Part shown: positions 51,939 to 63,386 of the stretch, piece after piece
How the letters are laid out: every line of letters starts with the position of its first letter
How positions within the stretch are numbered: position 1 is the stretch's first letter
Assembly (NCBI GenBank): GCA_026025795.1
Contig: JAPEUG010000044.1
Location: forward strand, 1-64,000
Source: Thelocarpon superellum
Taxonomy: Eukaryota
Direction: 5' to 3'
DNA length: 64,000 nucleotides
The notes under the pieces: model-generated
What the model saw: the letters and a program-made list of their open reading frames with translations, nothing else
What the model was told of the DNA's origin: nothing
The model's database searches: none
Position numbers and translations under genes: made by a program

Positions 51939-52787
51939 TCACAGCTTGCTCTTCCCGTGCCCTCCCGATGTCGATAGTTCGGCCCTCGCAATGCCAGAGA
52001 CGACGACGGATAGCCCCTCGCCTGTCTCATCGGAAGTGATCTCGACCTCCTGGCAATCTTCCTGTGCAACGCCATTCACATGCTGCAAGACGACAAAATC
52101 AATGGGTTTGGAGCCCAGCACGATCATGGGCGAATGCCATGTTCCTGCCCGATACGTGACAGCCTGAGAGCCATCGGCCAGGAAGGCTCTCGCCTTGCCC
52201 ACGTCAGGACGGCCTAGTAATGGTAGCGGGACGGGCTTGGGAGAGGACAGCGTCCGTGGTGACGCTGGCTCCGGGAAGGGGGGTGGCCGCGCGAGCGAGA
52301 GTACCTCTCGCAGCGACCGTCTTGGCCGCGGCGGCGGCGGAGGAAAGGGGGGAGGCCGCGGGTCCTCGGAGCGCGAGGCTGGCAGTGTCGGCGCAACGAC
52401 CACGAGATATCGGGTGTGCGGGTCCGACGGGGCCAGGCCAAGTGGAAGAAAGGTCTGGCCGGTAAAGGGATGGCGTTCGAGCACGCTGATTGGGAGCAGA
52501 CCCTCCACCAACCCGTCCCGGCTTTCAGATGGCGTGTTCGCATCCGGGGTCACGGGCCGAGGAGAGCACACAAACGTGTTGATGGTGAGACGGGCGGTTT
52601 TCCGGCTCGGTGCGCGGCCATAGAGGTTCTGCATCTTTGAGACATCTTCGTACTTCATGGCAGTGCCCTGGTTGGCCCCAACGGCGGGCGTGCCGGGTGA
52701 TTCGCTGGACTGTGATGGGCTCGTGATGACGTCCCCGAATGCGGCAAAGCTCTGAGACGATAATAGATCGACGGTGATGCGGGCCAT
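51939..52787 (-). CDS. DAL3: Ureidoglycolate lyase (Dal3/AllA family) with C-terminal PTS1 (SKL)
   Basis: Motifs SFAAFGDVI, ANQGTA, LERHPFTGQTFLPL, AFLADGSQAVTYRAGTWHSPM; ends GKSKL*. Confidence 0.88.
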   Translation of the reverse strand: MARITVDLLSSQSFAAFGDVITSPSQSSESPGTPAVGANQGTAMKYEDVSKMQNLYGRAPSRKTARLTINTFVCSPRPVTPDANTPSESRDGLVEGLLPISVLERHPFTGQTFLPLGLAPSDPHTRYLVVVAPTLPASRSEDPRPPPFPPPPPRPRRSLREVLSLARPPPFPEPASPRTLSSPKPVPLPLLGRPDVGKARAFLADGSQAVTYRAGTWHSPMIVLGSKPIDFVVLQHVNGVAQEDCQEVEITSDETGEGLSVVVSGIARAELSTSGGHGKSKL

Positions 52788-55700
52788 CGCAACGGGCACT
52801 TCAGCTGGGGGGCGATGACGTCTGGTCCCGTTCGAGGGCAGAAACGTTTCGGTCCGTCTCAACAATAGTAATGCGAAGAGCGGGCGCTAGGATCCTGCCA
52901 CGAGAGTGGTGCTGACCATCCTCTCTCATGCCACCTCCCCTTTGAAACACGAGGCGTCGAAGGGGTTGTTTGTCTGTGTCCTTGCTTTGCTCCGGATTAG
53001 TGACGACGTCAACGTGGGGAGAGAGGTCTGTTGACGCGGGGCCGCTAATTTCGTGGGATTGTGCCGGACGCGCACACCGGCTATTCTTGGAACATCTCGG
53101 TAGCCAAAGACCGCTAGCCGACTACGGCGTAGCGACTTGACCGCGCCTCCACCAAACCGATCTTTTTCGAGAGGGAAGGCCCTCTGGGCTCGGTGCCCGA
53201 CCTGCTGCGCATTCGCCCGAAGAGGGCATCGCCCAGAACTTGGGCGGTCGGTGAACAAAGAGAAAGGATAATCGAGATCGGTCGACCGGCGATGATTCAC
53301 ACCGCAGCGCTCTTGGGGCCTTCACCGCCCGGACAGGCCGGCAGGCCCGGCGTCTGTGTCATCGCACCGTGGCATTTTGCTACGAGCTCACCGTCATGCG
53401 CTCCGTCATATGCCGGCGATGCCACCGTGCCATTGGATCCAGATGGCCGCGTGCGCTCCGAAAACGCGGTCTGCGTTGGCCTGGGAGAGATTATCTCCTC
53501 ATCCTTGGCGTCGTCCCAGTCGTCGCGGGGGTCGGTGTATCTTCCAAATTGCCATTATCGCGAGCGAGTCTGGATGTCGGCAGCGCCGAGAGGAGTCGGT
53601 CGCACGTTAGTCAGGAAAAATGGAGGGTCCTGTCAGCAGGCAGCGAAGCACGCCGCAGATTGCCGTGGTCATCTCCCGCCGCAATTCCCGAGCGACCAGG
53701 TGGGAACCGTGGTCGCGGACCGTTCATCCTGGCTCGCCCACTACTTAGTCATGTTCCCGGTAGCCCTACGGCCGAACCCTCCCGTCCCTAGGGACGTAAC
53801 TGGGGTTGAGTTCTCGTCATCGCTCGCCGCTTGCGCGATTTGCTGGCCAATCTCCCGACCGGGGGGGTCGTAGTCTGATCACAGCCCCCCATTGGTCGTC
53901 GATGACGCTCTTGAATCTTCCTGAATGGGCCATCGTGATACTCTGCGCGGCCGTAGTGATGGGCGCGTACGCTGACGTGGCGCAAACGCAAACATGGCCC
54001 AGGACGGAAAGCACCGATGCACGCGGCGACACCGTGTCCGTGGTGGTGGTCGTCTTGTGGAAAGGTTACGTCGAGGAGTCACTGCAACGCTGCAGACGCC
54101 ATGCAATGCTTTGCCTGGCGACTGATCTACCCGAGTGACTGGATCGGTCGCTTCTCCCGAGCCCGACTTGGAATGTCGTCCCTGTCCCACCTCCGGCCGT
54201 TCGGCGCCCCCATGCGAAACATCATCACGTCGAGGGCAAGGAGGCATGACGTTGGACGAAGTAAGGTTTGGAATTAACTCGACTCCCGTCGGTGCCTGAT
54301 GTCCCCATCCAGGCCGATCTACTTATAGATACGCAGCTGATTTGTGTATCAATGCGGGGCCGAGCGTCGCGACAGACCCGAGTGGGAGGGAAACCGTAAC
54401 GGCCTCCAAATTTATGCCCCGCCGTCGCAGACCCCAACGGTGACGGTGGTCATGCACATGCAGACACATACCAAGAGCCTGTGGAGCAACTGGGGATGGG
54501 GACGGGGTCGAAGGATGAAGATGCTTTCAGGGTTACGGGGTCATGAATGCCGCAACGGCCGTAGCATGTGCCATGCAGCATATCTTTCGTGCAAGGTCAC
54601 TACTCCCCCACGGCTTGTGATTTACCTCGCAGTTGCGTAGGGCTGGGGGGTCGGCACTTGATCCTCGTACAAAAATAGATCGCTCGACCAAGCCTACACG
54701 CTTGTGCACCGACCTCGGGGGCCCTCTGAGCCTCGGGGGCCCTGTGGGGGCCCTGCTGGAGTGCGTCGAAGGTTCGATGGAAAGAGGACGTGCATGTGGT
54801 GGAGGGAAAAGAAGAGGGGAGGCGGGCGCAGGCGCAGGCTCCGCCACAACCCGAGGTCGGTGGTTGTCGGGTGGGCGAGGTGGACGAGGTGAGTCCTCGT
54901 GGTCACGGGCGCTGGTGGTGGCCACGTCAGGTACCACGACCCTCCCGGCCTCTCCCCGGACCACCCGCTCGCGAACTGGGCACCGCAACAGCCGACCGTT
55001 CAGTCATCCGCACGCAGACCCTGGCCCCGCTGTTACCGTAATTAGCACATCGCATCGGATTACGGACGTGTAGGCCGCCGCAGGGCATCTCCGCCCGCGG
55101 CCATCGATCCTCTTCCACAAGGCCAGGGCGCATCGTCGGGTCCGGGAGACAACTCCGATCCCCCCCTGGGTCCGAGGAAGCGACCGCAGCGAGAGCGTGC
55201 AGCAGTCGGCGTCACGGGGGGTCAACGGTTGACGCACCAGAGCCACCCTCTCCCTTCGGGACGTAAGCATCGATGCACAGCAGACGATTGGCTCGAGGGA
55301 AAAAGGATGAAAGGAAGGGCCAGCACGCTAGAGGGGGAAAATGTCTAATCGACGGGATCTGGCGTGTCCTGAGGGTTTGCCGACGGACCGTCTGGCCCAA
55401 AAGGCCGGCCAGGAGGATTGTGGGTGGTCAGGATGGTAAGGGTCGCTTCACCGACACCTCGCTCCGTCGCGCTGCACCTTCGGGGCTGCCGACACGCCCC
55501 AGAACCGGCGACGGCAGGCATGTCAGCAGCACCTGATTGGCCCGACCGCGCGCCAGGGTCCGGCCTGCCCTCCCCTACCCTGCGGTGAGCGACGCCGGCT
55601 CTCGGGCGTGAGCGGCCAATCCCTCCCACCGTCGCGGGTCGGCCAGCACTGGCCGCTCCCCGTGCTGGCCCAGGCTAGCGTGGCCCTGCTTCCTTGGTGC

Positions 55701-56112
55701 CTCGCATAGGGCCGAGCGACCGCATGGCAAGCATTGCCGGGGCCGTCCATGGTCCCCCATTCTAACCCTGGAAGCTGCTGCTGCGCATGGCCCTATAGTT
55801 CCTATAGTTGGGGCCTGCATAACCATCAGACTGCGCCCCCTCCAGTCAAAGCCCGATGCGACTTGATAACCTCGTCGATCACTGCCCGACCCGATCCCCT
55901 ACTCCATATATTCTCCATCACCTCCACGCCGCTTCGTTTGTTTGACACCTTGTTCCCCTCCCCAGTCCACCGTGTATATTCGCCTCGTTCCTCTCACTTC
56001 GCCCCCCGACTACCACCGATCCGCCCAGCTTCGCCGCAGTCCCTCTCGCCTCACCCTTCCCGCCTCGCGCGGCTGCTTGCTCTCCTCGTGGTGGTGACCA
56101 CCGTCCCCCCTG

Positions 56113-56224
56113 GTAGGTAGCTCTCCGTGTTCGCCGGGCTCGCCCGCCATCGCTGGCATGGGCAGCTTCGCCCCTGGCGCAACTGGTTCCGGGGATCAGA
56201 GCGGCCTGGCTGACGGTGATGCAG
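56113..56224 (+). other. Probable 5'UTR intron of the C2H2 gene
   Basis: Donor GTAGGT at 56113, branch GCTGAC about 56209-56214, acceptor GCAG at 56224, all upstream of the in-frame ATGs at 56270 and 56300. Confidence 0.6.
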
Positions 56225-56299
56225 CGTGACCTGAGCGTGCCCCGAATTTTTCCGCGCCCGCCGACGCTCATGACGAGCCTCGCCGATCCCACCGTCACC

Positions 56300-59024
56300 A
56301 TGGCGGCCCATGAGAATCTCAACGATTTTGATCTCTTTCCCGAGCACGGCAGCTACCCAGCCTACTTCGCGCACGAGCACCCGCGACATGACGGCTTCAA
56401 CCTCGACAGCGTCCGGCCTTTCTCCATGGCGCCGGAGCTCGCGCCGCCATACGGACAAGATGCCCTGAGCACGTATGACGGCTATGCCGCGCTGCCGGCC
56501 TACAGCCATGTGCCCGCGCATGGCTTCTACGATGCTTCCCATGGGCTGGCCGATAATCCTACTGGCGCCCTGAAGCACGCGGACCTGGCATCCGTGCCGC
56601 GTGCGTCACCCACGGCATCTGTGGAACACGCGCCCTCCTCGCTCTCGACAGCGTCGGGACCGTCGGTGGCGAGCGCGGCCTCGTCCGCCATCGGATCGCC
56701 TCATGCCAACGTCGGTCAGCTTTCCACCGCTGGGACATGGGCCGACGGAGTCGAAGCCTGGGTTGACCCCAACCCGAGCGTCGTCGCGGTCGACGCTTCC
56801 ACCCAGGACCACCAGACCCCAATTGGCCTGGACTCAGACCTGCTCTTCCTCAACGACAAACTCTCGGCTGGCTTTGTGGGTGAGTCCAACGAAGTTCCTC
56901 CGTCTCCAAGAGCTATTCGGCCTCTTTCTTTTTCCTCTCCGGCATGTCCATCTCCTTTTTCTTCGTCCGAGCCTGCTGCTTTTCCATCCGCCGCCGTCCC
57001 GGAACGGAGAGTGACCATCGACACCATCCTGGAAGAGGCCAACGGCGAAGTCACCAGTGCCACCGTGCCGGCAAATCCGGCGCCCGCAACGCCGCGGAAG
57101 CGGGCAACCACCTTGGCCACCAGCACCCCACCTCCCGACGTCTCCGTGTTCCGCTCGCCATCCACCCCTGCCTCGGCACGACGCGGCCCTTCACCACTCT
57201 CCTTCTCTCCCTCCGGCATACGAGACCGCAAACGATCGCTCCAAGGCACCAGCACCCATGGACCAGTCGCGAAGAGACCGTTCTTGCGCAACCCGTTTGC
57301 TCCTCACCCGCCTGCGGCAGAGCTCAGGGAGCGTGATTCTGCTGCTGCAGGTGCTCAAACACCTCTTCGTTTCGGTCCAAGCATTGGCAGTCTCGTGAAG
57401 CCAAATGACTCTTCTTGTTGGTTTCCTTCTCTGCGCGTGTCCCATGATTTTCTACCTCTCTCCTCCTGTCTCTTTCTGTCTCTTGCTCTCTCTCCTTTCT
57501 TCTCGCTCTCTCTCTCTTTTCTATGCTCTCCGTCGACGCTTTCCGGGAACAGAGCTGACGTATCGTCACTTAGATCCAGCGCTGATTCAATCTTTCCAAC
57601 CCTACGTGGGCGCCCCCACTCCCAACGCAGCTCTGTTGAACGAGGCGGGCGCTTTCGCCGCTCCTCACATGGCATTCGTGCAACCGCCGTCGCCGGCACC
57701 TTCGCATGGGTCAATGGGCAGTCGAAGAGCAGGCTCGATCAACTTCAAGCGAGGAAGCGAATCGCCCTACCTCCGCACGGCCGCGTTCCAGCCCTACCGT
57801 ACCTACTCCGACCCGCGACGACCGTCGCTCTCATCCGTGCACTCTTCCTTTTCGAGCCACGGCAGCCCTCGGTCGACGAGCGGCGAGCTGGATGACGAGG
57901 GCAAGGAGAAGGGCCGCTGCCCGAATCCGGATTGTGGCAAGGTCTTCAAGGACCTCAAAGCCCACATGCTGACGCATCAGTCGGAACGACCGGAGAAATG
58001 CCCGATCGTGACGTGCGAGTACCATCAGAAAGGCTTCGCGCGAAAGTACGATAAGAACCGACACACCTTGACCCATTACAAGGGGACGATGGTCTGCGGC
58101 TTCTGCCCGGGATCCGGGTCGGCGGCGGAGAAGAGTTTCAACCGTGCCGACGTGTTCAAGCGGCACCTGACGGCCGTGCACGGCGTCGAGCAAACTCCCC
58201 CGAACAGCCGCAAGAAGCTGTCCACTGGCGGCAGCTCCGGACCCGGCTTCGCCGGCTATGCCAAGGACGCGACGGGCAAATGTTCGACGTGCTCGGGAAC
58301 GTTCAGCAATGCCCAGGACTTTTACGAGCACTTGGACGACTGCGTGCTACGGGTCGTGCAACAGGAGGAGCCCAGCGAGGCCATCAACGAGATTCATCTG
58401 TCCTCGACGCTGGACGACGAGGCGACGAAGAAGACGCTGCGGGCGCACTCGTTGCCATCCAACTCGCTCTATCCGTCGCCACATCTTGCCCCCTCCTCGG
58501 ACAACGAGCAAGACGGCTTGGTGCGGGCGGAGACGATGGAGCCCCGCTCCCGAACTGGATCCATCCAGGTCACCGGGGCGGGACAGCCTCCTCCGCATTG
58601 ACAATCAGCACATCCCCGAGGTGTCCCTTCGCACGTCGGGGGTGGCAACTCCATCCACCACAAAGGCCGAGGCTTGACCTACTCCAAAGGCGGCGTACCG
58701 CTGGCGAGCAAGGGCCGGAAGAATCGCAAGGAGTTTCCGTTGTCGTGGGGCTGTGCGCCCGAGCAGATGAAGATGCGCAAGCGGGTGCTGTGTGTCTTTG
58801 ACGGGCCGCGCCGGCTCTGGAAGGATGACATGATGCTCAACAACGAGTTCGAGGTGCGCCTGCACCTGGGCGACGGCAAGTCGTACGTGACGGATCTCGA
58901 CGTGCAGACGTTGAAACGGGCGCACGCCTTCCACAACGCGACGGAGGAGGAGAAGGGGCCGTGGATCTTGGACTCGGAAGACGACGACCGGTCTTCCGTC
59001 GACCTGCAGGAGCTGATGTCATGA
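56300..59024 (+). CDS. C2H2 zinc-finger transcription factor (resembles fungal proteins annotated 'Ezf'); first stop at 58601, putative readthrough extension to 59024
   Basis: Fingers CPNPDC...HMLTH, CPIVTC...HTLTH, CGFC...HLTAVH and CSTC...HLDDC. ATG 56300 (ACCATGG; alternative 56270). Intron 56880-57573 gives GFVDPALIQ. In-frame TGA at 58599-58601, then 140 more codons. Confidence 0.85.
58599..58646 (+). promoter_or_regulatory. Putative translational readthrough signal: UGA-CAA-UCA plus 3' stem-loop
   Basis: CAR-YYA context directly after the UGA. 58611-58619 (CAUCCCCGA) pairs with 58636-58644 (UCGGGGGUG); inner helix 58621-58624 with 58631-58634. Confidence 0.6.
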
Positions 59025-59498
59025 TGTCATGTTGATCGATGCTAATGTTTCTCTCCGTCGATCTCGGTCCGCACTTGGCGTGTTTGATTTCCGAGCGCTG
59101 TGCTCTTCTCATCTCACCGCCTTCTCGTCCTCTCCCCTGAGGAATGAGGTTTTGGAGCGATTAGCGCATGATTCAGGATTGTGCATCATTCGGGGCAGCG
59201 TTGGGTTTGGGGCGAGGATATTCTCGACGATGACATGATGACGGACGGGGGGATACCAAGGGCACGTTTCAATCTGTTGACGGATGCATCGTACCATCTC
59301 GTATCATCTTGATTTCCTTCTCTGTGATTTAGCTACGCGAATGTGACACGGAACTGTGCAAATGTGTCGTGCGTCGGACCCCGTGAGAAATGATATGATG
59401 TCTCTATGCATGATCACAGAAATATAGAGAAGAGGATAGGTCACATAGAGCACAAGATTCTTCCCGTACGCCCATTCCCCCTCCCGGATGCCACCACG

Positions 59499-60323
59499 TC
59501 ATAAATTAGCCACCTCACCGCGCCATCCCCAGCCGCCCGGCGGAGGGGAGGAAGACGAGCCGTCGGCCGTCCAGCACGTCATGCCCGAGGCCTCACAGAT
59601 ACGAATGACGACGTCACGCACCGCGCGGACCTCGGCCACACTCGCGCCCTGATTCAAGGCCCCTTTCAGATGGCCCTTCAGCTGGGAATTCACATCCTGC
59701 GGGATCAAGCCAGCGATCAAGACATAGCTTGTCTCGACTCCCGACAGCACACGCGTGTGGCTGAGGATGTACCCGTACATCAAGCGCGCGGTGAGCCCCA
59801 GATCTTCCGTCCCGCTTCGCTCCATCCCGCCCATCACGCGCCCGGCCACCTTGCCGTAGACAAGGTCGAAGAAGCTCTGGCCCCGCTGGAGGATGGCGGA
59901 GGATGGCGTCGCGTAGATGTCGGTGGAGCGGGAAGTGGAGGTGGAGCCGTCGCCGGACGGAAGATCGAGCAGAGCCGCGGGCGTGCCGGCCTTCAGAGCC
60001 ATCAGCGCATTGATGGCGCGCGGGAGGCCGGCGATCGGGGCCATTTTGATCAGGGCTTCGCGCATCTTGCGCGCGATGCGGACTGGATCTTCGTGGGTAG
60101 GCGGGGGGATGCGCGAGGCCGATGTGGAACCAGATGTGCATGCGGGCGTGGCGCAGTGGTCGAGCGCGTGGGTGAGGACCTTGGGGATTTCATCGGCGCG
60201 GTTCAGGACCGATAATGCGACGCCGGCGATGAAATACCATGTGTGTTTAGGGAGGTGGGGGTGCTTGCTGATCGAGCGGAGCAACGTCGGCGTCATGACG
60301 CTGGGAAGCGTGATGGCGGCCAT
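59499..60323 (-). CDS. AhpD / carboxymuconolactone decarboxylase-like protein (Pxp2-like)
   Basis: LPKHTWYFIAGVALSVLNR, MREALIKMAPIAGLPRAINAL, ETSYVLIAGLIPQDVNSQLKGHLKGALNQGAS; ends VANL* (PTS1-like). Confidence 0.8.
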   Translation of the reverse strand: MAAITLPSVMTPTLLRSISKHPHLPKHTWYFIAGVALSVLNRADEIPKVLTHALDHCATPACTSGSTSASRIPPPTHEDPVRIARKMREALIKMAPIAGLPRAINALMALKAGTPAALLDLPSGDGSTSTSRSTDIYATPSSAILQRGQSFFDLVYGKVAGRVMGGMERSGTEDLGLTARLMYGYILSHTRVLSGVETSYVLIAGLIPQDVNSQLKGHLKGALNQGASVAEVRAVRDVVIRICEASGMTCWTADGSSSSPPPGGWGWRGEVANL

Positions 60324-60589
60324 GGCAACGAGCGGTGGCCAGCTCGGCGAGGATCTTGCGGATGGTCGCTTGTGGCCATTCACTCGTACCTCTACATCTT
60401 GTGCGTCCTGGCTGCTCCAGGTATCTGGCGGCGAGGTGCACTTGAAATTCGTGCTTGCCCGCGGTGACGCTGGATTCGCATCGCGAGTCGCCTCGGTTAG
60501 ATTGTATTCGTAGTCACGTCGACGCGGATTCCCTCGCCTTGTGGCTCCCTGAAAAGAGACTACCAGGATTGAAGGTGACTTTAGACCAT

Positions 60590-61815
60590 TTACAACTTCT
60601 CGTCGGATTTCTTGGCTTCCATGGCCACATCCTCGTGATAGCCAACGGCCCGGAGGATCTCCAGCAGTCTACCGCCGTCTTGCTGGAGCAAGTCCCACTC
60701 CTCTTGCCTCTTTACCATCAACGACCCTGCGAGCATGGTGCCGTTGAGATTGATCGGGCCAACCATGCGAGTCTCCTGTCCCTCGCCAAACTCGCGCACG
60801 TCAAGGAAGGCCCCCCCCTGCCTTCGTGGGCATAGAACCATGGTCGACGTGGTCAATGCCAAGTTGTAGCTCTTCGGCAAGTTGTGCCGCCGCGGGTCGT
60901 AGCTCTTGTTCTGGGTGCTCTCATCGCCTAGCAATCCAGCCCGCTTGCACAGCGACAGATACGTCCCATGAAGCGCCTCTGGTTCTATATCGGGCGCCAG
61001 GGCTGCTCGATAGTAGAGAAAAGGAGTGTATCCTACCCATCGAGGTTAGTCACTTCTTGTATCCCGATCACGAGCTGAGACTTGTGAGACGATCGCTCTA
61101 TGAGATCTCGACGCCTCCTGATGCTCACGGACGCTGTGGACGAGGCCCTACCCGAATCGTAGGTCAAGGTGTCACATAGGAGCGACCAGCCTTGGCTGCC
61201 CTCTGGCCCCTTCATACCTTCCACGGGCAGGAACTGAACGTGGCGGTGGCTCTGGCTAGCTCCACTATGCTCGCCGCCGTTGAAAAACGCAAAGAGCCTC
61301 TCCTCTCTCCTATCGCCGCCGGACCCATGTCTCCAGGCTCGCAGGCACGACAGAGTGAGGGCCAAGTCATCTGCTTCCAAGAGCTGATTCTGTTCCTTGA
61401 AAGACGTCGTGACCAGCAGAAAGTGATTGGGGATGATGGGATATTTATTCAGGACAAGACGATGGGATGGTCGGCTTCCTGGAACATTGGCGATCAAGAG
61501 ATCGCCTGGGGGATGGAGGAAAGGATTCGGTTTCTTGGAGCCAGACGGCGGGGAAGCGGCCGGCTTCTCCGGCTTCTCCGGCTTCTTGGCCAGGTTAGGG
61601 CAATACCGAAGCTGAAACTACCATGACGACGGACGTCAGCATGGCTGACGACCCAGCGGTTTACGTTAGGGGTCTAATCGCACCGCGACATTCCCGAGGC
61701 GGATCACGGCCAGTTCGGTGGGCGTAAAGGAGAGCTCTCCCCTTGCTTTCGCATTGATATATTTGTCTTTGACCAAGGAGTCAAGCTGACCGGGAAGGCC
61801 AAGACAGCTTTCCAT
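60590..61815 (-). CDS. APA2: Ap4A phosphorylase / ATP adenylyltransferase (Apa1/Apa2 family)
   Basis: FQLRYCPNLAKKP, HRLVLNKYPIIPNHFLL, FFNGGEHSGASQSHRHVQF (HxHxQ), SYNLALT...PRR...INLNGTMLAGSLMVK. Introns 61618-61683 and about 61033-61151. Confidence 0.9.
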
Positions 61816-63386
61816 ACGCCCAGTTTGCTCTTTCATAAAAACGCAGGCGCCCTGGAATGCGTGTGACGAGTACGATCATTCGTAATGAGGTTAAGCGGCT
61901 ACCTGCCCAGAGTTGAGGAGTTAGGTCATCGCCCGGAGATATGGTCATCGAAGTACGGCGGCCTAAGACCATCGTTGTGGGACGGTCACGTGATGGGTAT
62001 CGCTCAGCGAAGAGGGCACAAGATAATGTTCCGGCCAGAGGCCGATCAGCTGAAGACCTATCGTTGTGCTCCCGATACCATAGGAATCATGCTTCCGCAG
62101 TGAACCAACGAAGGTCTCCCGCCCACAGGCGACACCGTGCCATCTTTGACCATGGCCCCATCTAACGGCCTGACTAAGAGAAATGCGGCTCCGCCGATCG
62201 GCTTAGGTAAGAATCTCGCTCGAACAGCCCTCGTAGGGTCTAGCAGCCCGCGCAGGTACGACGCAACTACCACAATGGCTGCGCCCCAGCGACAGGGCTC
62301 GCAGGCGGTCAGGGATAAGGCCGCCGCCAAACGTGGAATCTCAATGGATGGGAAGTCTTGAGTCATTTCTTGACAGCCATATCGTTGTAATGCCGGGTTT
62401 ATGCACCCAAGCCGCCAGGAACGACGTAAACCCAGGCGATGTAGAGACCGGCGACGACTTGGCTGCCTCGTGACTCACGGCCCCGGAGGGGCGCGTGGCA
62501 GGGCCGTGCTGGGAGCATGTCTAGGGCGATGCACCTCTTGCTCCATCCCTCCTCGAGCCGGACCTGAATCGGACGGCGGGCTTCGCTTCCATCGACGTCT
62601 TGTTCAATGACCGGTCGGGCTGACGCTTAACCTGCTTGCTCATAACGCCTTAAAAACCTTAGTTCCTCCGTGGCACGACTTGCTCGACCGGCGAAGCTGG
62701 ATGCCTGAACTAGCACCTCTGCTCACCGCAAAGCTGGCGGCGACCACCATCGCAAAGGCGAATGGGCAAGGGGACCCACTTCCCGGTGCCGTCAGTCATA
62801 CCGGTTGATATCCGATCAGCCTGCAAGGTTGATACGCCCCTTCCGCCGCACCATTAGGCCCATGCAGCGGATGGCGCGCTCCTTCGCCCAGGGCTGTACC
62901 AAGCCAGAAGAAGTCGCCGTACCACTGCCCCCGTCGAGGCGGACCTTCTCGGTGCCTCACGCTGCCTGGATGGCTAGTGCGTAAAGGGACGGCGAAGCTG
63001 ATTGCAGCGGCACGTTATGCCCTCTACGCCGACGCTCTCGTCCATCAGCACCGGCTGAGGAATGCCTGACGGCCCTCTTCAACCCCAGGCCCCGCCTCCG
63101 CCGGCGGTCGACTTCATCGCGAACGTTCTACGCTCACGAAAATGGCGGCCCCGGTCGGACCGCCGCCATGCTGGCGAGGCCATTCCGTCGCGCCCGGTCG
63201 GAAGCCCTCTCTTTTCGCCCTTCTAGGGCCTTCGGAGAACCTGGACACTGCGATCTTGCCATGAGGGTGCTCGCCGGTCTCTGGACGAGGCCTACCGGCT
63301 CCAAACACCTATATATTCACACATCCCGTCGACGAACCTGTGGAAATTTCTCAGCCAAGCATCGAGACGTCTGCTCGTGCACCTCG

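Noticed and set aside
52900..56100. ORFs of 120-226 aa between DAL3 and the C2H2 gene
   Set aside because: No coding signature recognised; consistent with the long promoter of a transcription factor gene.
58569..58620. Intron GTCACC(58569) to AG(58608 or 58620) removing the TGA
   Set aside because: Lengths of 40 and 52 nt are not multiples of 3. Splicing shifts into a frame that stops at 58677 and loses the domain-like C-terminus. The donor is also weak.
58599..58646. UGA plus adjacent hairpin as a selenocysteine codon/SECIS
   Set aside because: Dikarya are not known to have Sec machinery, eukaryotic SECIS elements lie in 3'UTRs, and the site is a low-complexity linker rather than a redox motif.
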